From contig MU619245.1 of NCBI GenBank assembly GCA_025201805.1, positions 130,697 through 194,696 of the forward strand: a stretch of 64,000 nt of DNA. Reading direction: 5' to 3'. Made by a program: the position numbers and the translations under genes. The DNA comes from Parasitella parasitica NRRL 2501. Its lineage: Eukaryota; Fungi; Mucoromycota. The notes below the pieces were generated by a model. That model was not told the DNA's origin, searched no databases, and saw nothing but the letters and a program-made list of their open reading frames with translations. Position 1 is the stretch's first letter. Every line of letters starts with the position of its first letter. Below are positions 24,650 to 37,709 of the stretch, one piece after another.

Positions 24650-27600
24650 ATAATTGTTACTATAATAATGAAAATCATGATATTTATATACTTGTTCAGT
24701 AAGTAACTCCTATAATTCAATCATTAGGCATGAATTTTAATATAAAAAAAAAAGAAACTTACGTTTAACTTCATAAAAAGCTCAACAACCTTCACCCAAT
24801 ATGTGATGCCCTCCCAGTTTCGCGGAATCAAAGCTGATCTTTGTTCGATGAATGCCAATTTGTTACCTTCCACTCTTTTTGCTGATAATAATATAATGGT
24901 GTTATTGATAGATTGGATTGCGAGGACCTTGCGAGCACCAAATGTGAGCCAGGATGATGATTGGTATCGTCCCATTTCATTCTTTAAGCATCGGCTTGTA
25001 GCCTTCATTAACTTGAGCGTATCCTCCTCAGTGTGTTCCCCATCAACTTCGCTATAAATTAAAAGGTAGAGTTTTGTATTTACTGATTTTTTTTTTTTTT
25101 TTTTTTTTTTTTTNNNNNNNNNNTTGCATATATCCTTCCTTACCCCGAGCACTCCATCACTTGTCTCTCCGCTTTGTCTTTAACGCTGTATCCAATCCCA
25201 TCCATGAGGTTCTTCTGCTCGTCATCTAGACACACTGCCAATTGTTTGTTTGCCTCGAGTCCCTTTTCGCACCTGTTGTGCTTCATAAAAATGGGCTAGA
25301 AATTAAAAAATCTTGAATAATGTGATGTATCCATTCTTTTACTTACCACATAAAAGACAAATTCTTATATACGGCGCTAAAATACTTGAATATCGGAATT
25401 ATATACTCACAGTAAGGTGTTCTCTCATTGGCATGATAGTCAATAAGGATGTACTTCAATAGATTAATGGCTTGGACTTCATCTTCGGAATGATTATCGT
25501 CAGCTTTATAAGACATCACTCTGTCTAAAAAGCTAGCATAATCTCCACCAATTGCTTGCATCAAGAATTCCTGCACCTTTGGAAGCTTTTTGGAGCATTC
25601 ATTAATATCTTGGTCGGTCATATTATGATTGTACTCTTCTGTTATCAATGTGGAGCTGGGGTTGATAGTGTGCTTGCGCTAAATGTTTCGAATGTAGATT
25701 TTACTAGTGAAGCATCTTTTTCTGTGATGCGTGGTTTGTTAATTACTAGCATTTGGTCACTAGTGTGTCTTGAGAACTGGAACACCTTTTTATTCTTCTT
25801 TGTTTCAATGGGTCCATCCTATTGTATAAAAAATAATTAATTATACACTTTTGAAATAAAAATATAAAGTCAACTTACTTTATCATCTTTATTGGATAGA
25901 GAGGTTAAAGACAACTTCTTTAAAATCTAATCAATTTCCTTATTTAGGGAAAGCGAAAAGGCAGTGTGAAATCTGGTAAGCTACAAGTAGGCGTTTGTGA
26001 TTAGAATATGGTTGTATTTACTAATTAATCATATATTTACTAGTTGACTAATGTTGTTGGTTTGGCTAATGCTTTCATCATTGATTATTACATCAGCGAC
26101 CTTTGCTGGAGAAGATGAAGTTGGTGTTTCAGTAGATGCTAGCGTTAAAGGTGTTCTTGTTGATTTCGTTGTTGTAGCTAGACTTTGATGTATTGCTTTC
26201 ATGGTCTGATAAAATACATATTTTTAGTAATATACTAGCTGACCTGCTCGCTTCGCTCAAGACGGCCATCGTCGCCCTACCGGGAGCTCAATCTTTTGAT
26301 AAGTGCTAATCAGATATTCAATGCTCTTTTATTGTTGTTTATCTATAACTTAAAATATATTGTTAGACAGAAATAAAAATATATAGATGTAGTAACGCAC
26401 AATAGGAAAAAAAATGTAAAAATTAGTAGAGTTATTTAAATACTTCATGGAATACAATATTATCGGTGTATGATCCAGCATAGTTTTTGGTAGTTGAGGT
26501 ATTTCTAGGCAGAAGAATTTTGATTGAAGATAGCTGCTTAATGCGCGAGAAAGCAACATATAACTGGTCATGTGAGAAAAAGACCAAGAAAGTCGAGTGT
26601 TTGACCTTGAGCCTTGATGGTCATGGTGAATACCGGTCTAACAGAAAATTAGCAATCAACTCAGGACAGCACAATAGAAATCGGGGTTTGCACTGGTGCC
26701 TCCATTTTTCTCTATGCACATGCGTGCTTGACAATGGTGACAGATGCTGTTCCTTCCACCAAGATCATGGCGTTCGTTGAAAGAGGGTGTACTTCTTCTA
26801 GCCATGTTATGAGTATTCTTTTGTATTGATTTGGCACATAATCTACTGGTAGATCGCAAACGACTTTCTTGTCCACAGCTTGAACAAACACGTCTGCTGG
26901 TTGTTGCATCATTAACGCTGACTGTTTCTGTTTGCTGATCTACTTTCATAGTTTCAGATTGAGATCCCAGTTTATACAAAGAGTTCGATTATGATTGTAA
27001 AGTGAAAACAAATTTGAGTCATACGATTAGCAATGTTGTTAGCGCAATGACGATAAAAAGATCGAAGATGGCCTATAACACCACAGCTTCCGCAAGTGTT
27101 AGTATTAGCACGGGTATTATTGAGGCAAAACCTGCTTGCAGAACGCGAATGGCCTTCTTGACCACAGCTTGAGCAGATTCTAATAGCAGGCACTCTGTGT
27201 TTGTAGTAATAAAAAGTGTCAACATATTTGTATTAAATAAAACAGAGTGTGCAGCTTGAAAAGTAGCCTTTGCTGGTTAGACCATGTCCAATTTCGAAAG
27301 ATTCAAGCTTTTTCGCCCGAATTTCGACATTATTCACTTTGTTTAGAGAGTTTTAATTTTAAATTAATGTGCACGTATTTTACTTATAATTTTCTGACGT
27401 GTTAAAGTATTTTTAATTAGTTTCTGAAATTGAGGATGTGCTTGGCTCAACGCCGACTTTTCGAAATTTAACAAACTGGAATGGAACTGAAAAAACCAAC
27501 TAAAGCATTTGTTAACTCCATTTCTTCTTGGTTTAGGTTTGTTTTGCTTTATTCTTGAGCTTCAAGCGACTTTAATGCGACTGTATTTTACGAAGCGTGT

Positions 27601-27900
27601 AAAAAAACTTAGCAGACTCCATTTTTTTAATTATATAGAAGATAAAAAGATTGTTACATTACTTATCAAAGGAGATGTATCCTTTTTTTAAAGTTTTCCA
27701 GCACTATCTAAAGTACTATTGTTAATGCTCCCGGATTTACGTGTATGTGATTGCAAACGCCGCTTATTACAAGTCGCTGATGATCTGTAATAGTGGGTTC
27801 ATCCTTCTATTTCCTTTCACATATTCCCTATTTCTCGTGCATTACTTGCCGATCCCATCCTACACGGACCGCTGCGGGATCTGTGCTATGAATCTTTGCT
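24650..27900 (-). pseudogene. PD-(D/E)xK restriction-endonuclease-like (Crinkler-REase type) multi-exon pseudogene interrupted by a Helitron
   Basis: 'ERTPYCEYIIPIFKYF...MWCEKG...LMDGIG...MECSG..EHTEEDTLKL' fits a D-G..E-x-S..H..D..KL pattern. In-frame stop (~25928) and frameshift (~25648). The 5' exon lies beyond the Helitron. Confidence 0.6.
26235..27642 (-). mobile_element. Non-autonomous, internally deleted Helitron (1408 bp)
   Basis: 5' end A|TCTTCTATATAA at 27642. 3' end ...GAGCGAAGCGAGCAGGTCAGCTAG|T at 26235, i.e. inserted between A and T with no TSD. Retains the N-terminal Zn region 'HDLGGRNSICHHCQARM' and the PIF1 helicase tail 'MTIKAQGQTL..FSHDQLYVAFSRIK...TDNIVFHEVF*'. Confidence 0.92.
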
Positions 27901-28019
27901 GAATCCTTTAAAAAATGCAGATTGTAAATCTTCTTTTCAGCCGGCTTTTTTAATAAGGTTTTATCAAATTGGTTGAACATAAATGATACAGTCATGATCT
28001 TCATTTTTTTTTTTTTTTT

Positions 28020-28790
28020 TACCTGGAAAGGATTATGCGATGCAAAGTCCATGTTTAGAGCAGAAGATGATGATATCGAAGATGTGTAAAGTGGGCTTTT
28101 TTTGATATTATCAGCACCTGAGTCAACACGTATAATCGGAAACCTCAAGTTGCTACTGTTCGTTCTGCGGTGCTGTTCAAATTGCATTTGGGGCGAAGAT
28201 AGCTAGGTGCGCTGTGATGCTGCTGTCTCGTATGGCTCACAGGCTGCTGCTGCTGTTACCATTGATTCACAGTGTAGTGCTGTTGCTGGAAGCTACCTTG
28301 GAAATCACAGTCGCGGAATCCACTCAATTCGGCAGCTTTTGCTGGCTGTGGTCCAAGTGGCTTCTATCTCGCCTAATGCTTGCATGCATTTTTTCACTTT
28401 CGCCTTGGCCTCTAACATCTTGTCATCCGATGATAGCGAGGATCTGGTATCAGGCTTTGTTGCGCAAGCCGTTCGTATGAAAATGATGCCGGATGTGAAG
28501 ACATAGTACACGGCGTAGTTCATGACATAGCGAAGCTTGTTTTCAGCCAGCATGGTATTGGTTACTGACAGGATTGCATCAGCAGCAGCAGCAGAACATA
28601 TCGAAGCACACGGTAGCATGGACGGTAGCAGACTCTGGCTATGCCCAGGAATAAAGGGCGTATGAAGCAGAGTCACAGTAGTATGGTAAATCATGTGTAG
28701 TTGGCAGACTGCGGTCAGAGGAAGGATATAGTTGATACTACTGCTGTCTTTCCTTGACCTGCAAGGAATCTGGCAAATGATCGTGCCATT
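28020..28790 (-). pseudogene. Fragment of a fungal-specific (Zn2Cys6-associated) transcription factor C-terminal region
   Basis: 'CQLHMIYHTTVTLLHTPFI...SICSAAA..I...YYVFTSGIIF...MQALGEIEATWTTA' is typical of this region. No N-terminal Zn cluster, and frameshifts/stops at ~28305 and ~28257. Confidence 0.65.
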
Positions 28791-29271
28791 GCTTTAGTTT
28801 CTTGCTCTATCGAAATGTGAAAATTTGCAACTTTTCATGCATATCACATATTGAAGCTATTTGAATTTTTAAAGGAAAATTGAGTGTTTTGAGCTGTGTG
28901 GAAATGTGAATTATGCGTCTGTGCCTAATCCATTGAAATGGGGGTATCAGTGAGTAATGTGTTCATCACATGACATGCGTAAACTCTTCACTATACTTTT
29001 ATTTCAATCATTTCATGAAATGAGTGCACACACAGTATCGTAGACCACAGAATTGTAGTGAGTGTTAAACCTTAAGAGTGTAAGCACCACGAAATAATTT
29101 GATAGACATATATTTACAGCATCTTGGTTATTAATTCACATTATGAACTGTCCAAGTTACGCAATTGAACAAGAGTATTATTGGTATGTTTCCACCAACA
29201 AGTTTTTTTTTGGTGACAATGCACATAAAACCTTTCTTCTATCAGAGCTAAATGCTAACATGAATGTTTAT

Positions 29272-32005
29272 TTACTTTAATTTTCTCTGATGCGGCGCAC
29301 CACCAAGCGGAAATGATCTCAATTGGCGTTTCACATCATCACAATGAAGCCCGTCGTAATCAGCATCGGGTGCACGGCAACGAAGTCTTGTGTCCATCAG
29401 CCAATTTGTATATTCATTTTCCAACAGCTGAGCATCCACTTCATTTACAAGCTGAAACAAGACCAAAGTGTCATGGCGAAGCATTGCCAGTCGCTCTCTG
29501 CTAAACAAAAGTTCGATTGCAAACTGATGATGATGAGAGCTGTACCAGCGATGATGTGTTCCCAAGGTGCGGTTAACTGATTTATACTCGAGGAAGGAGC
29601 GGAAACTGGCAAGAAAATCAAATCAACACTACTGGCCTTTTCTTTTTTTTTTTTTCGCATTAACAAGTACTCAATAGTACATACCTGTTTGAGTGTCCAT
29701 AAGCAGGTTGAATTTCAACATTAAGCAATCCTTCGTCAATATCGCGAAGGTATACAGCCCGTGACGAAATTTGCGCACTGTGCTGATTTTCTCCTGGAGC
29801 TTTGGTTACAGCCAACTGCTGTCGTGAACCAGCACGAAGCCAACTAAACATAAACCAGAGCAATGCAACAACGGCAATGCCAACTTTGACAGCAAACGGT
29901 ACAACTTCCGCAAGGTCTTGTATCATGGTCACTATACTCTCGACTTGGCCATACCAACCAGATGCTTCCTCCTTTTCCGTTTGAGCTTTTTCAGCAGAGT
30001 CCTTGACAGACGGCCGTCTGATGGTGCCAATGCGTTTCAAAGATACTTGATCTGCCTTTTCCTTACTACCGCTTCTCTTTCTATGCGTCTCTCTACTTGC
30101 TTCTTGCTTGACAATAGGCATAAACACAGCGATATTCTCAGACATACCCTTCATAGCTGCTTTGCTGACCATGCCCTTGACCAGAATGTTCTTTAAAAAC
30201 TTGACTCCAGTATGGCAGCTAAGTTTACAGCGATCTTGAGCAACCCATGTGATGCAATATTTGACGTATGGCACGAAAGCGTCAGCATATGGAAGTTGAG
30301 CAGTTTTTGTCGATGTCAAGACAACGTAGCATCTTTAGAAAGAGTCTCTGTCAGTAATGTTCTCTAGCAGTCCTTTTGCTACGAGTGTACTTACAGATAA
30401 TCGTCCTTCTTTTCTATTACTTGCTTTTCGACAACTTCAGCTTCCTTTAGCTTGACCATGGGATTATTGACAGGTATAATATACTTTAGCGTGCGCTCTT
30501 TCTTATCATCAACAGTTTGCCAAGGAGTCATTGTCAAGTCTGAGGAGCAAGTAGTGTTAATCTAATGTCCATCTCATGGGCAAGCATCGGCGTTTTACCT
30601 CTGCTCTTATTCTCTACTGTCTTTCTTTCCCATATGCTAGCGGCATGATAGTTTTCCTCTGCAAACATGATATAATACAGATGCTTAGCTGATATTGGCA
30701 CTTCAATCTCTGCCTCCAGTTTATCCAGATGGTTGTCGCATCCACAGCTGACTGGGGCAGAAGGAACTTTAAAATCGTCAGGCACTGCATGAGCTATATA
30801 ACCCTTCTAGTTGAGTATTTCGATTTCCATACCGCTACATGTGCCTTTTCTCTTCTACTTACGATCTTTAATCTTGGGAACTTCGGGTATTTCGGATGTT
30901 GCTGCAGTGTTGAATGTGGTGCTATCAGCAAGTCTTGATGGTACATTCACCATGGACGAAGCGGAAGAAGATACGCCAGAGCTTGGTAATGGAATAGTTG
31001 GGACATCGCTATCGTCTGACTGAAGAGTAGCCTTGGATTTCTTCTTTCGAAGAAGACCACGAGGCTCCTCTTGAATCCCTTTACCTGCACCCAGGAAGCC
31101 ACTGCCACCTGCGACTGTCGCTGCCATCATGGCTGCTGCTAATGCCCCAGACTTGGGCTGGACTGGCGCAGAATGCTTCCGAGGAGTCTTGGAAGCCTTC
31201 TTTTTAATATCGCTTGACCGACTAGGTACAGGCGAAACAGCAGGATCCAACAGGGAATTGCCCAAAGATGATACGGTGTTTAATGAGACGGTAGAAGAGT
31301 TATTGCTAGTAACGTCAGACGCTGAGCGAACTGGATCTGTGGCCGACTTGATGATTGTTCTAACTTGATTAGTGCTTTTGCTCTTGTTAACAACAGCCGA
31401 AAGACTATGGATTACATCGTAAGTTATTTGCAGTGATTCAGGCTGCAAAAACAAAAACAAAAAAAAATGGTAAATGTCTTTTCCTTCAGTGCTTGTCATT
31501 GATATACGCTGGCTGCTTACCTCTACACTTTTGGCGTTGGAAACAGCAAACTTCAACTTTTCCGCAACAACTTCAATGTCGTCCATCAACGTCGTAAATA
31601 TCAAAGGAGTTTGGACGTCGCTACTACCTGGCAACGCAACTAAATCAATTGCCAATGCTAGATTAGAGCTGGTGCCTATATTGGCGATGGATGGGTCACG
31701 GATTAATCGGATTGCCTTGATGTCGCATAAACGAATAGCAACTGTATTAACGCAGTTCATCAAGACACAGCTGTAGAACCAAAATGTTTCTTGTGTGATA
31801 AAACCACGGCCAGTGTAAGAGTAGCCATAGGAAGAAGATGGCTCTTTGATGACGCTAGGCAACTGATTATTGAATTCCTGTTCGGATGAATCAACAGCTG
31901 CATTATTGATAGTTGTTGGAGACGTTGGTGTTTCTGTGTCTTTTTGACTATTCAGATCAATTAAAGGCTTCTTTTTCAATAAACCGATAAAAGCTATATA
32001 CCAAA

Positions 32006-32038
<33 letters not shown>

Positions 32039-34323
32039 ATATTAGCAAACTTTTATGTAAAATTGCACAGATAGTCAACTTACTAGTTAATACGACTTCT
32101 GTTGGGCTTACACCACCAAACAAATGCCGCAGTTCTCTATTTCGGGTATCTAAATCAGATGGATACCCTGACAATTCGACTTTTGGCACATTTGAATCAT
32201 CCACTCTTGTGGGCCAGATGATTTGATGGCCATCTGCATCCGTAATTGCTGGGACATTGGGCGATCCAGGAGTCGGCGGCAATTCGCTGGTGATATCATC
32301 AGTGCTGCCACCTTGAAACATGCTAGGAACCAAAGCCCACGGAATACCCCAAGAAGAGCTTGTCCCATTTGCCTCGCCATTTACTGCGTGTGAAGCTCCA
32401 TTCGTGCTGGAATTGTTTTCTTCCGAATCGATCAATGCTGCGTCTAATGATAAGGCGGCGGCTGAAAATGATTGTGTTGCAGGAGACGAGGGGGCTGACG
32501 TCGTCGAAGAAGTCGAAGCGTTCAAGGTAGCACGTGAGGCCTCCCATACTAACAAAGGCGTAAGCGAAGTAGACTGAGCTAACGATTGCCAATCCTTTTC
32601 TGGACAACTAGACAACATAACGATGGAAGGTCTCTGCTGCTGATGCTCGCTCTTTGGACTTTCTGTAGCACTATTCATCAATGGGCTGCTCGTTGATGCG
32701 GCAGGGAGGTCATCCAGCAGATTTGTAGGCTTTGGTTTGGCGGCCAAGACAGTTGAGCTAGACTTGGGAGGTGAAATTCCGAGCGTAGAGGGATCTGTGT
32801 CAGTAGCGGATGCAGCATTGGTGGCCGAAGGAGTTCCACTTTTATAATCTAGCTGCTCTGTTTGGAGCATGAGTCGTTTGGATTTCTCAAATGCGCCCAT
32901 CCATTCCTTCATATCCTCCTCAGTTTCAGCTTGAAGAATAAATGGAGGTCTGCAAAAGCGTAATCAAGTTAGGTTACCTCACACAGTCAATGATGTAATG
33001 ATACTTACTGGTGTGCGCACTTTACTTCAAAGCAGTATCTTCGGTCGCCGTCGTTCCAAGGTTTGATATCACACAGTAGCACTGAAACACGCTCGCCCAT
33101 TGTAATTGTGCCTTTGAGTCTACTCGATGCATTTACGTTACAAGAGCCGAAACATCCGTCATATAAAAAGAACCATCGTCTGGCCCAATAGTTCCTTGCG
33201 CCTCTTGCGAATAAATAGCCCCACTTTTGGCTTGGCTGATTTGTGCTATTTATGACCGATGAATAATCCAAAGAGTGTCGGTTGCTGATCAATTGGTTTG
33301 CACTGTATTTTTCCAAGTCTCGAGCAGGATGAACAAGGCTCAAAAACTTTGCCTCCAAGGTGATTCTGGAAGACTGTAGCTGATTCAGCTGATAACTGCA
33401 AGTATCTTTATCGTCTAATAGCCATTGTTTCCAAGAAATTAGCTTTGATTGTAGCTTTGACCAAGAGTCTGAGGCCCCTTTGATATCTTTGAGGTGAAAC
33501 GACGAAGCTAGTGAGAATCGCTCTACCAAAAAGTGCTCCAGCAGCGATCGAAAATGCAGAATACGCACAACATGTTGCCCAGACATACGCACATAAGATT
33601 TTCTTGCCTCGTACAACCTGAACGCTTCTTCTCTTACAGCTGACGCTTCCTTGGCTTTGCTCTGCGCCGTATATTTACTCAGTTGTGCATCGTATTTCTC
33701 GAGCGTCCTTTCGTGTTGCTTTCTGAAATCCTTGAACTCTTTCAAATGTGTCTTGACAAACGACTGGAGAGGCTGAATAAAGTTATCTTCGAGGTCAGAC
33801 ACCTTGTGTGTGTTTGAAAATGACTTAGCCTCGTATTATTAATGCAGCTTGTAAAGTGTACTACTATACCAATTTTGTCTTGAAGGCCAAACCGGTTTGC
33901 AAAGCATCCGAAAAGTTCTTGATAACAGCACCCGTAAAGTTAGGATCTACACAGAATTTTGGAATATGAGTCGTCTCGAACAGAACAATATCTCGTCATG
34001 CCCGCTCACCTATCATGGAATCATCAATACCGACCGGGATAACTTTCTTACATAGTGTGTTGGTTTCCAGGTTAAATTCTATCAGATAAAAACCACGTTT
34101 AGCCATGTCATATAGGCCTCCTTGTCCCCCCCCGCCCCCTTAACTTACTGTTTAGTTGGTTCACATAAAGTTTCATGTATTTTGATAAAGACTCTAACCA
34201 TTTCTCGAGCAAATCCAATTGGTCATCGAAATGGAGCGTTGAGGACCGATAGACAGGCGAATCAGTGATAGCATCATGTAACGTTAATAACGTCGATTGA
34301 GGATTATCTACTGGAAGTTGCAT
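29272..34323 (-). CDS. SIP3: Sip3/Lam1-type sterol-transfer contact-site protein (BAR-PH-GRAM-like-VASt-TM)
   Basis: BAR start 'DAITDSPVYR'. PH 'KWGYLF..WARRWFFL...DRRYCFEV..LQAETEEDMKEW'. 'RNRELRHLF...YTGRGFIT'. VASt 'TAQLPYADAF..YCITW'. TM plus C-terminal coiled coil. Confidence 0.85.
32007..32030. repeat. (AT)n microsatellite inside an intron
   Basis: About 12 AT units within the 31994-32083 intron. Confidence 0.9.
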
Positions 34324-35060
34324 GTAGTACTAGCCAGCTACCTTCAAATAAAATAGGGAGGAAAGAGAGAAGAAGGGAGTGAGAAACGCCTTTGCGCCCA
34401 GGCATGATATTTATACCACTACTACCATGTCTTTTGAAACCCCTACACTATGGATGTTTAGCAAAACCATTCAAGCATCAAGACTAGCACCGTTGTGCAG
34501 CTAATGCCGTCACTGTAATGAGAGACTTGCTGTACGTGCCACGCTGCTGCACCTTTTCTTTTAATAGATGACAGCCGTAACTTTGTTCTTCCGAAATGCG
34601 CATGATATGTGTATATCCAGAACAGTGAAATGCCTAGCCGTCGCTCTCAAGTACAGGTGCTGCTGTTTCTGGAACATGAATTTGGTTCGAGAATCAGAAC
34701 TTGAAGCCTTTACTAAAGAGAGTCGGTTAGCTGACAAACGGGCAAATCTGGCACTTTAGTATGCCAGTGGCAATTAACAGCAATTATTTCAAATCATGTG
34801 CAAATGATAATTATGCTGGGATATGACAACATGCTTCTACTCTACACAAGATTGTTTCATAACATGTATGGAATCTTGCCTTTACTTGCACTAGGCAGAT
34901 GCCCATTGATATAATATATGTTTAGTAGTGCGGAACCAATTATCAGACATTTGGGTCCATAAGCCCGACCTACTTTTAGAATTTGTCATGTATAAAAATC
35001 GTTGCACTGGTTTTTTTTTTTTTTTCTCATACTTCTTTCCCCCCCCCCCATCCCTCAATC

Positions 35061-37709
35061 ATGTCACAACGGGAAACTGCTACTACTACTAGTAAGCCGG
35101 ATCTGAAGGAATTGGCAAAGATATTATCTGATGCCTATTACGCTGTTCTGCAGCACTCGACCTTGGCTCCAGCAAAGGTATGTATGTCGAAAATTATCTG
35201 CTATCTGACTCGGCTGAAATGTTGCCATCTGATAGATCGTCAGCAGTCTGAAGCAACTGGCGCAGTATAGCAATGATCTGCCTAGTTCATGGTTCACACC
35301 ACAATTCATCGACGCTCTGATTGCGCTCAAAAGTCGATATTTGTCTGAAGGGCAACTAGAGGGCCTTGCGTTTATTATTGCTTTATTTTCAAGCTGGCTC
35401 CGCCGATTGAGCTCGATGGACGATCCACGACTAAAGCCCGTCATGGATACCATGCTAGAGCTGCTTTTATCGACAGACAACCGTTATTTATCACTGCAGA
35501 AAGACGCATGGATTGGATGGGTATCACTGATGGGAAAGAGCCAGGATATCGCCTTGTTGGAAGGAATGACCAAGGTTTTGCAATTGTACACACTGGATCA
35601 TGACGAGCAAAGAACAAGAGCCATGTCTGAGGCGCTGGATGCTGGCGTCGCCCACGCATTGGCTCAGACAAACGCTCTCAACGACTTTGAAGTCGAATCA
35701 TGTCTGCAGCTCTTGCACGCACACATCCACTTTTCTGCAAAAAGAGCAGACGGACCCCGTGCAATCATGACAGCTATTGAACATGTTGTGGATGTGAGGT
35801 CGCAGGAGAAACCCCAGAGCAGAGCCGAAGCTGACCTGGCTACGCTTGTCCATATGGCGAATGATGCTGTAAAAGACCAGTCAGAGACATTAGCCATGGA
35901 TTTCACATGTTTGGCTGTGCTTGCTGGCGTGGTGTGAGTTATAGGTTCAAAGTGCGAATTGTCGGTGATCTGATCTGAGTATTTTGTATAGACGCACCTT
36001 ACAGTTTAATCAAGGGAAAAAGACGAAAAAGGTTGTGGGTCTCAGAGAGGATGCTGAAAGGACATTTATCGCTCAACTGGAAATGGTTGTAGACAGGGTT
36101 TCTCTGCCAGAGCATGTGCATGATTTTGCCGTCAATCAAGGTGAGCCTCATTAGGGAGATGGAAAAAAAAAAAAGGCACTAGGGCTAAACTATACTAGAT
36201 ACGATTGCATTTTTTGCTGGTAGATGTATGATACAAATCCCATCTGAACTAACCATTGAAATGAAGAACCTGCCGGCACTTTTAAAGCTGCTCAACGCTT
36301 GCCTATTATCGAGCCCTCATACATTTAGCAACGGTGACCTTATTCACAGGTTGCGAAATGAGCCTAAAGTCACTGACGAAATTACTCGACTGATCAACCA
36401 ACCGCTATTCAAAGACATTGGGCGCATTTCAAGGGTAATGGCCAAAATTATCGAGATTCTTTTGCTCAGAGAGCAAGCTGCTGACGTTGTGCAAGCCATG
36501 CTGGATCGCCTTGTGGGGTTTTCTTACAACGTATTCTTTGACTGGGACCAGTATATTATGGATACAGCAGATAAATCCATGACACAAGACGAGACCAAAA
36601 ACTTTAAGGATATTGAAAACGCGGTGTGGACCGTCTTTAAAAGCATGACATTTGCTTTTACTGTTGTTTTAAAGGCTGTCGCTGTGGATATACCAGACGG
36701 CAAAGGCTTGATCCAGGTGCCCAACGCTGCCCAAGATATTATTTCAGTGTACGCCAACTTTCACTTTATAACCGAGCATCTAAGAGAGGGTGCTGGGCGT
36801 GAAGCATACCAAGATACTCTAACCAACGCTGTTGCTTATCTGCTACATGATGACAACCAATGCGAGCTGAACAGACTTTTGTCCTTGGCTTTTAAGGAAT
36901 ACGGTAAGGGCAATGATGTGTGTGTGTATCAGGAAAACATATTGACTAATATATTACACAGCACCATCTAAATTTGTCTATGATGGCAAGCCATCTGTAG
37001 AGCTATTATCGATGGTCAAACAATCTCGCCTCACCTTTTTCACCGATTTGATTGAGCAAGTGATGAGCCGTGTAGATGAACAAGTGCTGGAACGCGATAT
37101 CTTGCCTGTTATTTATCCAGTTCTCAAGTGGAAGCGAATCGAGAACAAAGATCTATATGAAAGTGCTCACACAGCCCTGATTAGCGCTTTCATCACCGAA
37201 AAGCCCGTTTCTCGAGAATTAGCTGGTGTTTATGCAAGAATACTGATTGATGTAAGCCTTTTATTATTGTTGCTACTGATTGCTCCTCGCCTAACTTTTG
37301 TGCTGCTTGTCGACAGAACTTTCCCGAGCCAATGAATTTGGATCAATTCCGCTTTGGCTTCAATACGCTAATTCAAGCTCTTTGTGGCCTCGATGATGCA
37401 TTAGCTTGGTTAACAGTGAATCATTTGATTGAAAAGATCCATTCGCTCAAGGAAGAAAAGGACATTGCGCTTCGTAACGAATATACCACCGCCCTGATTG
37501 ATTTGCTCAAGCCTCTATCTTTGGGCCCCTTTTTCCCATCTATTTTGGACGAGGTTAGAAGGCTGATTCTGGCTCAAGAAACAACCGCCATGCAAAAGGC
37601 TACCATGAAAATACTGTTTGAAACTGTTAGCGGGTCTGGCATTTCTGATATGAGAAGAACTGAGGCTGTGGGTTGGTTTTTAGAGTTGAAGCGTGAATTA
37701 AAAATGTAA
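35061..37709 (+). CDS. PEX8: Pex8-like helical-repeat peroxin
   Basis: C-terminal block 'LYESAHTALISAF...YARILIDNFPEPMNLDQFRFGFNTLIQAL' resembles the filamentous-fungal Pex8 'FEAAHS..L...FP..LS..QFRLAF.TL' motif as I recall it. All-helical; ends ...ELKM*. Confidence 0.65.

Noticed and set aside
31443-32083. Stop-free 3n introns (78 and 90 nt) read through in the long SIP3 ORF
   Set aside because: Expected by chance with short introns; no evidence of functional retention.
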